This document shows, one piece after another, positions 47,913 through 59,096 of a DNA stretch of 64,000 nucleotides; positions within the stretch are counted from its first letter, which is position 1, and each line of letters begins with the position of its first letter. Both the position numbers and the translations under genes were made by a program. The notes beneath the pieces are model-generated. The model was not told the origin of the DNA. It saw nothing but the letters and a program-made list of their open reading frames with translations, and did no database searches. Source of the DNA: Psammoneis japonica (taxonomy: Eukaryota); contig QPGO01000094.1 in NCBI GenBank assembly GCA_008632985.1, positions 44,721 to 108,720 on the forward strand. Direction: 5' to 3'.

Positions 47913-50779
47913 ATGGACTTTCCCGTAGGTGCCGCAGGACGGAGGGAACTGAGAAAAGCTCTCGTTGATTCGACGTATCCAGAGGAGACGATTCAGTCTT
48001 ATCAACAGTCAAACTCTCTCAATACCATGTTGGCACGTGCTTTGGGCACTCAACCTCGCAACATACCGGAAGCAGAAAGAGACGAAAGCAAAAATACCGA
48101 GCCTTTGGATACTGATTCAGTGTCAACCTTCCTCACCCATCTCGGTATTTCTAGACACGAAATTCACAAGCGCATCGCAGATTCATTGAGAAGTCACTTG
48201 GAAGATGAAATTAGAAAAACAAAAAACGACGCACCTCTTCTCCAACTCTTAAAGTCGTGCTGGCCGTATGCGACTTCAACGTCGGTGCCAGAGTTACGGC
48301 AAGTTCTATGGGCGGTTCTCAAACAATTGGGTTCCAGAGTTCCACCGGCAGTTCTGGAAAGACTCGCTGAAAGGGATAAGACAGGAAAGCTCAAGCATGA
48401 TGAAATTTGGCAGCCTCTCACCCCCCTTTTGAAGCGGTTGGTTTGGGAAGCTGATTGGGACCGACGTGTCTCGGGAGAAACTGATAGTGATCCAGATAAA
48501 TTCCTTGCGGCAGCAAAGAAAACGCTATTGGGTGAGATGGTAATGCCTTTGATTGATGATTACTGTTCGGACGAGTACCTTGTTGCCGCCGCGAACAAGG
48601 CCTTTGTCGGGACGAGTCGAGAACGTCGCTTGGTCACGCCACAGAGAAGGACTCTAGCGGGAACCACTGCTACCGTTGCAAGCACGACCATGCCAATGCA
48701 GCTCTCCAAAAGTAGCAACAAAGAAGCGCAGGCGAATTCATCCCAACCTTCAAAGTCCGCTGAAGCCTTGTCGAGTCTAAGGCATATCCTTGGAGGCACC
48801 GTAGATTCAGGCAGCGCCGCCGCTCCCTCGTCATACCGACCCAAACTTTTGTGTGCCGTCCTGTCCATCATTATTGCTAAACACGGACGAAACGAGATGA
48901 GGCTTTTGGGCGGATCTTCGCACTTGCACTGCACACTTGTGACCGATATTATCCTATCTGCTGCAGGCCCGTTACCAAAGCCATACCAGTTCTTGCTAGC
49001 ATTGGCGCGAGTGCTCGATGACAAGGTCAACACTGGAGAATTGACTGACGCGTCAATTGCAGCTACACAAGCGCATGTGAGAGAGATATTCCAGCAAGGC
49101 GACAACGTGGGCGAATCAGCCGCAAGTGTTCCCGGCAGCCCATCTCCCTTGTCGCCAGAGAGGAAGGCTGCCAGTGCCAGCCAAACACCTGCTGATTCTG
49201 ATAGGCAAACGCTGCAGCGAATTATCAAGGCCGCGTTATCAGCCATGAAGGAGGCTGACCCTCAGTCGCTTTTTCTCAATCCCGTCACGGACGAAGTCGC
49301 TCCCGGCTACTCCTCTGTGATTGAGAAGCCAATGTGCATCAAAGCAATGGAGGAGAAAGTAAGGAAGTCAAGATACCACACCATTACAGAATGGGATCGT
49401 GACGTGCAACTCATGTTTCGTAATTGTATTGCGTACAACACTGGAAACGGGGGACAATGGTTCAGGGGCGAAGCACGACGTCAGAACAAAATATTTAAGG
49501 ACGATATTTTGTCACAGGCTAAAACTCTTTATCAAAAGGAGGTGTCAAAACGTCAACAACTGGCTGATGCAGCTGCTAAAAAGCGGAAAGTAATGACACC
49601 AGAGGAAATCTCTTCACAGGGTATTCAGCCACTTCCGGAATCCAAGTCAAAGAGACGAAAGAAGGATCATCAGAACGATTTGCCTAGTATTCCGGCCTTG
49701 GCATCTATGGTGCTGACAGATCCATTTGTGGTTCGTCTACTCTTGGATCGCGTCCTAAGGCTGCTGCGACTGGACGTGGTGCGCGGAACGGCGATTCCAT
49801 CTTCTCATCGGGTTATTCCATCGCTCCTTCAGCTTCTGCACATCGCCCAGTATTCAGCCCAGGTCTGCGAAATTCGAGGGAAACGATACTTTGTGCCCGA
49901 TGCAGGTCTTAGCTTGAAAGAGGAAGATAAGAAGGATAACATTGGTGCTGGCACAGTTCCGTACGTTTCACTGCGCATTTACACACCCATTGTTATCCAG
50001 CTGCTGCTCGAGTCAGAGCTGGACAAAAGGACAGCAGTAGGAGGAGATCTGAGCCTGGCTGCAAAGAAGTTACCCAATCGCACTAGCAAGATAAACTACG
50101 ATTTGTTGACAGATGGCTCCAATCTTCATACAGCAAGAGCTTTGGTTGAAGGTGCGCTGGTGCATATCTGCAGGCCGGGAAACTCACAAGAGTCATCGCT
50201 TGCCATTACTTTTCCCAAGTTTGCAAATGCGTTAAATCATTTGCCACAAAATCTTTGGGATGAGAAGCCTTTCTTTGTTTCGCTCATTGAATCATTGATA
50301 AAGCACAAGTCGAAACTCTTCCGTAGTACTCGAGATGCTGTGTTTGCAGCTTGGCTTGATTGGTTCAAAGTGGGCACCAGTGCTACAGACAAGAAGACGG
50401 GTGCAATGACTTCTGCATTACATGAGTGTTTGTTATCACTTTTGAATGAAGTAAGTTCTCCATTGTTTATATCCCTTGTTCGTCCTTCTGTGATTCCCTC
50501 GCTAAATGTCGCATTCTGTATTGCTAGTGGGCTGCGTTGGGAAACCAAGTGTTGCCTCGAGATATGCTTCTGAAATATGCAAAAGACGCGGTGGCAGCTG
50601 CAGACGCGACCGAAACCTCGGCTCGATCGTTTGCGAGCATGTGGATGCATTCAGAAGAGGACAAAGGCTTTGCTCTTGTAAAGGCTCAATACATTCGTAT
50701 GTTGCAGAGCATTCCTGATGACAATGCGATCGCCTGGAAACAAAGCGTTGGAATCATGGACGCGGATGAGGAGGCTTAG
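47913..50779 (+). CDS. NELF-B/COBRA1-like N-terminal domain plus bromodomain protein
   Basis: Bromodomain LFLNPVTDEVAPGYSSVIEKPMC...LMFRNCIAYN. The N-terminus follows the COBRA1 pattern (I..YQ..N, FL.HLG..R.E.H, LL..CWPY, PELR.V..VLK.L...VP...L, KR.VWE). Intron at ~50451-50528. Confidence 0.78.
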
Positions 50780-50969
50780 GTATTACAATTCAAAGTATGA
50801 CTATAATGTCAATGGCCAATCGCATTTACTAGTAAGGAAGGGCGCCTCGAGTCGTCTAATGCAGGAGGAGGTCGTTCGAACTTGTTCCGCTCGATGTGAA
50901 CGATGACCATTATTGCACCTCTGCCAACGATGCAAAAAGCGAGGGTACGCCCCGCTCGACTCTATTCAT

Positions 50970-52808
50970 TCACGACGATGATTCATCTGAAGTCGACTCT
51001 TGTGCATCGTCGCTACGGGATGGTTTGTTGCACGTTCGTTTCTTCAGGGTGTGCATGGAATGAAATATCGTCCAGCAAGAGTCCGTCTGGCCCGGATACA
51101 GACGGGTGCATAGTGGGATATCCCCGCACGTTTCGCAGCGATAGGATGTCCGGTGACCAACTTTCTTTTTTGTCTTTCGGTTGAAACCCGCACAAAGGGC
51201 ACAACAACGAGTCTGGCCAGGGCATTGACGCAGCTGGTGATTGGCTACGTGCAGTCTCAATCTCCTTCCATCGACGGAATTGAAAAAGACAAGCTTCCTC
51301 CCCTTGTAATCTATTGCAGCTTGCCGTAGGCGTCGGATTTCGCCGCTCTTGAACACAGTGCCACATCTTTTTTGAATCGCGGTGTACGCTACCGTCGCAG
51401 CGACAGTTCCTGAATCCAAGGGAACATCACCACTCGCATTTCTTTCCTCAGAGGATTCAATTTCAGATTGACCAAGTGAAAGACTTTCTTCTTGGAAGCT
51501 TGAAGAGGAAGACCAGCATGGAGAGCAAATGGATGTGGAAGGCGACGCTACCAAGGCAGATAAACCAGACTGATGTGCACCGGGAAACACGATTTCATCC
51601 ACTACACTCCTTTCTTGGTCACGACTACTCTCTGTCTCACATGCCGCTTTCCGATCAGGCGTCATTGGCAAAAGGGGTGAGCTGTAGGAGCTTCTATCAT
51701 CGTTCCGCGGGAACTCAATCGACGGCATCGATTGGTCGTCCTCTTCGTCTTGAAACACGGCCACGGAAGGCTCTGCGTCGACAGAATTATGTCCCATTTC
51801 CAAGTTGTTCTCGTTGGAGTTCGAATGCGCTGCCAGCGGTTGCGTATATACGTTATCTGTATTGCGTATCAAAGCTCCGCTGTCCGAATGAATTGAACGC
51901 GAGAGTTGGGAGTGTGAGACATGCCCCATGTCATCAAGTCTGTCGCTACCGCCATTCCCAAGCGACGACAATAGATCCGTCGTGGTGAGACAAGGAGAAT
52001 CATCTACGCTTTCGCCAGTCCTTATCGTGGATTCGCTTTCTTCATCGTGTACGCCAGGGGTCGCACTTTCTTCAATCAAATCTTCTTCATTTCCAATCAA
52101 ATGTCCCTCGCTCTCGTCATCGCTAGAATCTGCAGTATAGTACAGAGGCAGCGAATGAAACGCGTTGCAGCCACGATCGCGGTGCACTAAACGCGCTCGT
52201 CGAGCTCTGAATACTGGATTCCATATCTGTGCAACATGATGTTCCAATAGGATTCCGGCATCGCCAGACAAGAGGGAGTACTGAGACTTTGTTAGGAGAG
52301 AGAGTTGCGTACCTCCCGTTCGAACGTTCGACACAGAACGCCCACATATTAACGCGCCATCCTCCATTTCCGCTAGTCCAATATTGACCGAGAGCTTCCT
52401 CATCATTGCGACTTTCGGTTCTCCAATCCATTGGGGAAGGACGTCAATGTGACCACCATCATTCCATTTCGTGGTTTTCGGCAAAACGAGCTCTGAGTTG
52501 ACGCGAAACCAAAGGAGAGGGACTACCAACATGTACGCATGGCCCATCTTTTGGATTTCCTCTACATGTTGTCCTTTTGTCCAGAAACCAACAAAAGACT
52601 CAGTCGCTTGGAAAGCAGCAACGATGCGAAATATCTCTTCTCCGCATTGACAGAAATCTCCCACCGACCAGATTCTACCATTCAGCTCGAACGCGGAGAA
52701 ATAGACTCGGCCCAACTCTATGTTGGAAGCGAGGCAATTACCCTGCCACTTGACACATTGGAGATGCGACCTTCCGAGGGGAAGCGAGTGATTCGTTTGG
52801 AAGTTCAT
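50970..52808 (-). CDS. Hypothetical protein with a C-terminal piggyBac-type Cys-rich zinc finger and a possible BAH-like N-terminus
   Basis: 612-aa ORF. C-terminal CALC...HRTSYRCETCGDIPLC...CWTIFH, N-terminal FELNGRIWSVGDFC, and an acidic Ser-rich middle. Confidence 0.6.
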   Translation of the reverse strand: MNFQTNHSLPLGRSHLQCVKWQGNCLASNIELGRVYFSAFELNGRIWSVGDFCQCGEEIFRIVAAFQATESFVGFWTKGQHVEEIQKMGHAYMLVVPLLWFRVNSELVLPKTTKWNDGGHIDVLPQWIGEPKVAMMRKLSVNIGLAEMEDGALICGRSVSNVRTGGTQLSLLTKSQYSLLSGDAGILLEHHVAQIWNPVFRARRARLVHRDRGCNAFHSLPLYYTADSSDDESEGHLIGNEEDLIEESATPGVHDEESESTIRTGESVDDSPCLTTTDLLSSLGNGGSDRLDDMGHVSHSQLSRSIHSDSGALIRNTDNVYTQPLAAHSNSNENNLEMGHNSVDAEPSVAVFQDEEDDQSMPSIEFPRNDDRSSYSSPLLPMTPDRKAACETESSRDQERSVVDEIVFPGAHQSGLSALVASPSTSICSPCWSSSSSFQEESLSLGQSEIESSEERNASGDVPLDSGTVAATVAYTAIQKRCGTVFKSGEIRRLRQAAIDYKGRKLVFFNSVDGRRLRLHVANHQLRQCPGQTRCCALCAGFNRKTKKKVGHRTSYRCETCGDIPLCTRLYPGQTDSCWTIFHSMHTLKKRTCNKPSRSDDAQESTSDESSS

Positions 52809-53305
52809 CGGCAGCGATCATTCAAGGAAATGTCGTTACGCGTGCCGGTTGTTCGAGACAATACGATGAAATCGACCTCCGACGAAGCTTTCAAACGTTT
52901 CGCGTTATCAAAGAGGATGAGTCTTGCACGATGCGCTTCGATCGACAGCCACTTTTGGGTAGCTTGCGGCAAACGGAAACCGCGTTCGATCATTGGCACC
53001 AACGATGATTTCCGAGCGTCGCGATTTGAATTCACGTAGGATTTGTACTGGTCTCCACTACTGTACTTCAGCACGTAGCCTGTACGTGAAGGACGAGTCG
53101 TGGATTGATCGCGGATTTGAGTAGACTAAATGCTCCGAGTTGCAACTCAAAAAACCCACAATACGCGGAAGATAGGGATTGAAAGAAGGTCAGTCAATCA
53201 CGTAACTGGGACAAAATTTGGATATTCGACACTGTCTGTGTCCCAACATTCACTCCCCCCACGATTTTTTTAGTTTCGTCCTCGAGAGCTTACGCGGTAG
53301 AACAA

Positions 53306-54589
53306 TTATAGTTTCGTGTCTTTCCGTTCCGTCAATACGCACTTGTAGAGTTTATTCCATACTGCGTCTTGGTGAGTAGATTCATAAGACCACAATGTTT
53401 TAAACTGAGTCTCACCCTCTTCTGACTTCGGAACCAAAATTGCTCGTATAGGAGTAATTAGCTTTATAGAAGAAGTCAGGAATGCCCCTATCCAGCGATT
53501 TGACTCTGCTAATGTGATGGAGCCGAATTCCACCATTATCCCGCATTGATTTGCGCTTTCCACCACGAGTTTGCGTGCGAAGCCTTCAAGTACGCCTTCT
53601 TTCGCCGTACGCAGTGTCCCGTCGTCGTACAGAACAAAAAAGTTTGAAGTTAATCCTTCAAGAATTTCCACGTTGCCTAGATTTCCATTATCCTCAGGTT
53701 TGTGAACAAGTAGTACTTCATCCACCTTTTTGGGTTTATAGTTTTCTTCTAGTGGCCGGCGACGGCGACACCACGATGACAACTTTGCTTCGGGCGAATG
53801 ACCAAGGCGGTCCGGGAGTGAGGACATTTCTTTTGAAGCCATTGCAACGCAGACAGTTACTGGATTTGGCATATGCTGTCGAAAAACGGTTGCAGCACCC
53901 GAAGTACAAGCGTGGCCACGAATGACAACATCCGCAGGAGTCGTGCCCCTCTCCCAAAGCAGAGTTACCATAACAACAACGCTTGATCCAACCTCTGCAT
54001 TGACTTTTCGTCTTTTTAAGGCCGATTCAGCTTCCTCCAAAAGGTATCGTAGAACTTTCTTGCTCGTGACAGAAGCCTTATCAAGGTCGCCGGCATTTAT
54101 CTGACGTTCCTTCCTGATGAGGGTTAGGTATGAAGAACAAAGTCGTTTCAAATGGAATTTCTCTCCCCAAATCTTCCAATTTCCTGAACCACTGTCGGAA
54201 ATTGTGTAATCGCATCGAATAACTGTGTAAGCCCCTCCTCTCGGTATTTCATTGTTTGAATCGAGACTTGTTTCTTCAAGATATTCCATCCATTCCCTTG
54301 GCGAAGAAAGATCATACGCACGCGAGGCATTGAACATCCGACTTGTGGAACTTGGCTTGATCCTAATACCCTGTGCATCTTCTGAACCCGTAACTATTTC
54401 TGCTGATTGGCTCCAAAATGAGAATACCGGAAAACCCGTCTTCTGCTGCCTCGTGAAGACATAAGGAGATGGAGCAACGAACCGGTCGACAAAAGCAAAC
54501 ACCTGATTTGCCCAAGCCGAAACTGCGAAAAGAACGATGATTGTCCGCTTTGACAGCATCCCCAGCAATTCTGCTACCTGTAGTCGCAC
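53306..54589 (-). CDS. Class IV PLP aminotransferase / aminodeoxychorismate lyase-like protein
   Basis: FHLKRL, EAKLSSW, ILEGLTSNFF, VLEGFAR and AFLTSS. N-terminal signal-like segment. Start codon uncertain. Confidence 0.85.
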   Translation of the reverse strand: MRLQVAELLGMLSKRTIIVLFAVSAWANQVFAFVDRFVAPSPYVFTRQQKTGFPVFSFWSQSAEIVTGSEDAQGIRIKPSSTSRMFNASRAYDLSSPREWMEYLEETSLDSNNEIPRGGAYTVIRCDYTISDSGSGNWKIWGEKFHLKRLCSSYLTLIRKERQINAGDLDKASVTSKKVLRYLLEEAESALKRRKVNAEVGSSVVVMVTLLWERGTTPADVVIRGHACTSGAATVFRQHMPNPVTVCVAMASKEMSSLPDRLGHSPEAKLSSWCRRRRPLEENYKPKKVDEVLLVHKPEDNGNLGNVEILEGLTSNFFVLYDDGTLRTAKEGVLEGFARKLVVESANQCGIMVEFGSITLAESNRWIGAFLTSSIKLITPIRAILVPKSEEGETQFKTLWSYESTHQDAVWNKLYKCVLTERKDTKL

Positions 54590-55112
54590 GATACATACGG
54601 TCGCTTTGCTTGGAGGTTATACAGTAGGTATTTCCCTTCTACCGGTAACTGCGAGGTGAAAGGCGAAGTGCGGGCATGCCGCATTCCGGCAGAAAAATGA
54701 GGCGAAATTTCTGGCAAATCTGGGGCAAATTTTCAAAAGATTCTTCCGAAAATCGACCGAACATAACATTATTCCCAGTTACTAACATATCGTATATATG
54801 AATACTGATTCATTATAAATATTGTCCATATTTGAATATTTGTAAATTGTCAATGAACATAACGGTTAAGTTAACGAATGTTCAATAACCGATAAAACGC
54901 ATAAAATGAAATGGGGCGCGAAAAACGGAAAAACACAAGAGAGGAAAGGAAGGAAGAAGGGAGAGTCGTCGTCGTCAAGAGTTTACATACATACAGTAAG
55001 GCTACCGCTACCACGGCAGGTATCAGGGTTTATCACCTGGATAACTGGACAGCTAGTGCACCGCTTGTGACGACACCAGGAAGAGCAGGACGATCGGAAT
55101 TCGAACTCTCCA

Positions 55113-56723
55113 ATGTTGCAAGAGGAATCATTGAACGGGATGGACCAAAGTACGAAGAGTCCTCGAAGTTTCGTTGCGGAGGAGCTTCCGATCGAAAGCC
55201 AACGTACCGAAGACTACTCTGACAAAGATCACGGTTTTGAGGAATGTCTTATAGAAGCCGGTCAAGACAGCTATGGAATGGAAGACGAGGAACTTAAATC
55301 TAAAGAATCGAATGAAGGACAACTGACAGCAAGTGACGATGATGTGGTACACAGTCCGTATTCCGACGACGACGAGCTGGAATCATCTCATAACACCAGT
55401 AACATGAAAGATAGGGAGGTGACTAATGGCAGCATCTCGTCAGGACCAGAGGAGGAGGATTACAGCCCTGCCATAAAAGCCGAGTCACACCACGATTCTT
55501 GCACCGAGCCAGTAGTAGGCCACGAACGAGGCCTCTTGGTGTTTGAGAAATCCAATGTGATTATCGAAGACGACCGGGACGTGATTTCGGATAGCTCTTC
55601 TATCAATCTAAGTGCTCAGGACGCCAATAGGCTGAACGTTAGCAGCGAGACTTTGTTCGAAACGCCTGGTTTCAAGTCAACAAACGCTACAACTGGCCAG
55701 TCTGAGAGCACTATTTTCCAAAACCACGAGTCGGGAATGACGGCGCAGGAAAAAGTATCCGGTATCGACGCAACTCCTGAATCAGATTTTCTTGCAGCAG
55801 ATTCCCCGTCGCCGTCAACTACAAGGACTTCCGGAGCACGAAACAGCTTCTCGTTTCGAGAATCAGAAGTCAATGAGGATTTGAGCAGTGCGAAGAAGAA
55901 ACTTGGTGCTACTTCTATGGCATTCATCGAACGCCTTCAAGGAGGAGCTCAGCAGCGAAAGCTTCACGTTACTCGATCTCGAGATTTGTTGGCAGCGAAA
56001 GAGAAGAGACAGCTTCAGTCCATTTCGTCTTCGTCAAAGAGGAGACACAGTTCCCCACGCCTACCATCCGAGGCGGGAAGTACTGTGGTCGAACAAGCCG
56101 TGCCTCCCAAGTCAACAATTGCTCAAGGCGCCAAAAATGCCTACCAACCGTTCAAAGCATTGCCTCTACCTGAAACTACGGGGATACAAGGTAGCGGAGG
56201 AGACTATGGAGTTCCAAGAGTGGCGAAGAGACCCACAACAATACCTCGCTCTCCACTCTTGGGTAGTCGTCGACAGGAACAAGTACGCGTAAAAGTCTTG
56301 GACCAGCTCAAGAGGAGGGAGAGCCGACACCTTCAAAAACAAGGGGCTATGGGTCGCGAAACGGGTTCTTTGCAGGAATCTTTCACGGAGAGGTCTTCCA
56401 TTTCCGTAGATAGCGAGTCTGATCTTATCGGATTGCAGGTTCTGAGAAGCGCAGGAAAAGAGAATAAGAGAGACCATTCAAACGTGAACCGTGACAACGA
56501 TCCTCCTTCTAACGGGGTCGCAAAAGAGGACGATTCTGTGGATAGCGCAAATCTATCAGCTCCTCGACTTTACAGCACGGCTCGTGCAGAACAGCGGGCT
56601 ACCTATGAAGCACAGAGAAAATTAAGGGAACTGGACGAAAATACAGAAGAAAGGAAACGTTTGAATCGTCGTATTCGGAGGATCCGTAAAGAGCTCGATG
56701 TGTTGCGGCCAAGTTTGCGTTGA
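55113..56723 (+). CDS. Hypothetical disordered protein with TPX2-like C-terminal motifs
   Basis: 536-aa ORF with PFKALPLP, PTTIPRSPLL and PRLYSTARAEQRATYE followed by a charged helix. Confidence 0.6.
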   Translation: MLQEESLNGMDQSTKSPRSFVAEELPIESQRTEDYSDKDHGFEECLIEAGQDSYGMEDEELKSKESNEGQLTASDDDVVHSPYSDDDELESSHNTSNMKDREVTNGSISSGPEEEDYSPAIKAESHHDSCTEPVVGHERGLLVFEKSNVIIEDDRDVISDSSSINLSAQDANRLNVSSETLFETPGFKSTNATTGQSESTIFQNHESGMTAQEKVSGIDATPESDFLAADSPSPSTTRTSGARNSFSFRESEVNEDLSSAKKKLGATSMAFIERLQGGAQQRKLHVTRSRDLLAAKEKRQLQSISSSSKRRHSSPRLPSEAGSTVVEQAVPPKSTIAQGAKNAYQPFKALPLPETTGIQGSGGDYGVPRVAKRPTTIPRSPLLGSRRQEQVRVKVLDQLKRRESRHLQKQGAMGRETGSLQESFTERSSISVDSESDLIGLQVLRSAGKENKRDHSNVNRDNDPPSNGVAKEDDSVDSANLSAPRLYSTARAEQRATYEAQRKLRELDENTEERKRLNRRIRRIRKELDVLRPSLR

Positions 56724-57056
56724 TCGGCTTCGTTGTGGCGCAGGCGGGGAGGCTGGTCGGTCGGGGATGGCTTGTGCTATCTTTTCCCGTGCGGTGTTGT
56801 CTTGTTTGCATCGTACAATAAGTATACCATCTAAGAGCAACTTTTCTTTTTAATCCTTCGTACTAGAACTCTTCCAATCACAGGATTTCCAAGAGAGCTG
56901 GGGCAGTTACCTCGTGTAGTCAATAATCGTCAATGGAACGCGAAGCGTGAGAAACAAGAGAGAGGGAGTTAGTCCGCGAGAGAAAGCAGTTTCAAATTTT
57001 TCTGATTTCCCCTCCAAGAGTAACCTTAGCTACGACTCTAGCTATAGTAGAGATTG

Positions 57057-57763
57057 CACTCGATGGGGTACTAAAGGATGGCCATGTTGCATTTGCCGAA
57101 GGTTGAGGTCTTGATCGTCTGGCGGGCCACAAAGACAGGGTCGTCGGAGCGATTCTCTTTGGAGATTTCACAACCGGCGACAACGACAAGTACGAGCGAA
57201 GAAGCTTGGCGTGAGCCGTCTGGTACATGGTCAATGCGTCACTTGAAGACGAGGACTCGCAGAAGTGTGGGGGGTGGAACTTTTCAATACTGTGCACAAC
57301 TTATCCCAGTGGAACCCGTTGGCCACAAAGTCGATGGCATATTATTGTAGAAGCGTTTTGCCGATTCGGGTGGCAGCTCTTCACATCTGTCACCCTACTA
57401 ACGTCGTCAACGTGGTTGTCAAGACGACGAAACTGTTTCTCGGCCCAAAGTTAAGGAAGCGTCTTTATGTACACAGAGGAACGAACGAGAAAACAATTGA
57501 AACACTTGCAACGTATGGCGTTTGTAACGACGCTTTGCCAACCATGTGGGGTAGCAACCTTGTTTTGGACCATCCAAAGTGGTTCTCAGAGAGAGACGCG
57601 AAACTCGAAAGAGGTCGCTCTATCTAATGGAACTTGACGAATGTTGCTGCCTTGGTATGTTTCGAGATTCGTCGCCGTCGACAATGAAAAACACAGGAAG
57701 GCTACTTCGTCCGATGATCCTACTTTTTGAAGAGAACAGTGTCTAGAATATACCTATTTTCTA
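57057..57763 (+). pseudogene. CRAL-TRIO/SEC14-like pseudogene, copy 2 (5'-truncated duplicate of 33464-34108)
   Basis: Colinear nucleotide match that includes the 3' flank. In-frame stops and a frameshift. Confidence 0.8.
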
Positions 57764-58771
57764 GAGTACGCTACTATGGTTGAGGTGACGGAAACGATTC
57801 AACTCACTTATGGCATCCGCAACTTTTAAGCAATGTCTCCATCTAGCTAGTTGCCGAGTGGCGGCTGCAAGCTGCTGAGTTTCGGCTTGAAGCGCCCCGC
57901 CAATGACTGCATCTCGGTGCTGACTCTCAATATTACGTCCGTCAATCTGTTTTCGAAGCTTGAAAATTTCGGCACGCTGCTTTTCTCGACACAACTTAGC
58001 AATGTCTCCACCTTGTTGCTGAGTGGTGGCTACAAGTTGCTGAGTTTTGGTTTGAAGCGTCCCAACAGCTGTGCGTTGGTGCTGATTCTCAATTTGAAGG
58101 TTGTATAACTGTTTTCGAAGATTGGCAATTTCGCTACCCTGCTGCTTGATTTGCGCTTCAAGGGCCGCAATGCGCTTCTCGTGGTTGTCGACGTTGATTC
58201 CAAATTCATTCAAATATGATTCGATTTGTTTCATTTGGCCATCGAAGCGTTTCTTGAAATCAACAGTGGCTTTTGCGTTGTAGTGACTGTAGTTCTTCAA
58301 GATTTTCTCGACACGGGAGTCGAGTTTGGCAACGGCCAACACAGTTTCAGTTTCCACCGCCTTGACAACGTTTTTGACGAAATCATCACGCTTCCAATCA
58401 TCACGAATGAGTGGGACAATCTGTTGGAACAGGTGTTCGTCCGGCTCATCACCAGTGGGCACCAACCATTTCTTAGTCTCTGCAATGATGATTTTGCACC
58501 TCGCTTGTTCGTTGCACCCGCAGCCGTCTGCCGTAACCTTGTGGCCATCAAGATAGATCCTTCCTTTGGACGACTTCCCGGAACGAAATCGCTTTGCCAA
58601 TGACCTTGCTTGGTCAAGACTCAACACGTGAGCCGATCTATGCATGGGATTCGGAGCCGACCGTTTCTTCTTGGCCGGCTGCGACGGCGGTGTCCCGCCT
58701 TGCTCCTTCTTGCGCTTGTGTCCCACCGGACTGTTCATCCTCGTTTCGTCGACACTTCTGGCAATGAACAC
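57761..58771 (-). CDS. Hypothetical coiled-coil protein with a basic NLS-like N-terminus and an internal duplication
   Basis: 336-aa ORF with PAKKKR. EI..LRKQ....IE.QH......LQ..TQQL.A.T occurs twice. Confidence 0.55.
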   Translation of the reverse strand: MFIARSVDETRMNSPVGHKRKKEQGGTPPSQPAKKKRSAPNPMHRSAHVLSLDQARSLAKRFRSGKSSKGRIYLDGHKVTADGCGCNEQARCKIIIAETKKWLVPTGDEPDEHLFQQIVPLIRDDWKRDDFVKNVVKAVETETVLAVAKLDSRVEKILKNYSHYNAKATVDFKKRFDGQMKQIESYLNEFGINVDNHEKRIAALEAQIKQQGSEIANLRKQLYNLQIENQHQRTAVGTLQTKTQQLVATTQQQGGDIAKLCREKQRAEIFKLRKQIDGRNIESQHRDAVIGGALQAETQQLAAATRQLARWRHCLKVADAISELNRFRHLNHSSVL

Positions 58772-59096
58772 GATGGAACGTAAGAGCTTTCTTTTTGCGT
58801 CTTGGCGGGGCGTTGTCTTTGTCAGATCAAAACGTCAAACAAAAACTTCAGAGATTCTTGTGTGTGTTTCAAAATTTCCTGTGTACAGTGTGCAGTGCGT
58901 CAACGGTGCGGGAACAAGCCATCCGCCATCACGACTCACGACCATCACAATGAACAAGCTGATGACCCCTGCGTACAGTACGTACCACAACAACAACATG
59001 TAAAATAATGTGTTTTCATCGTCAGATCAGAGGCGACAACTTCATTTTGTTGCCAATTTCGTTGCCGGTAACCAACGTGGACGGAGATTGCTGCAA

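Noticed and set aside
54680..54910. AT-rich tract as a MITE
   Set aside because: No convincing TIRs or TSD. It fits a divergent promoter region between two genes.
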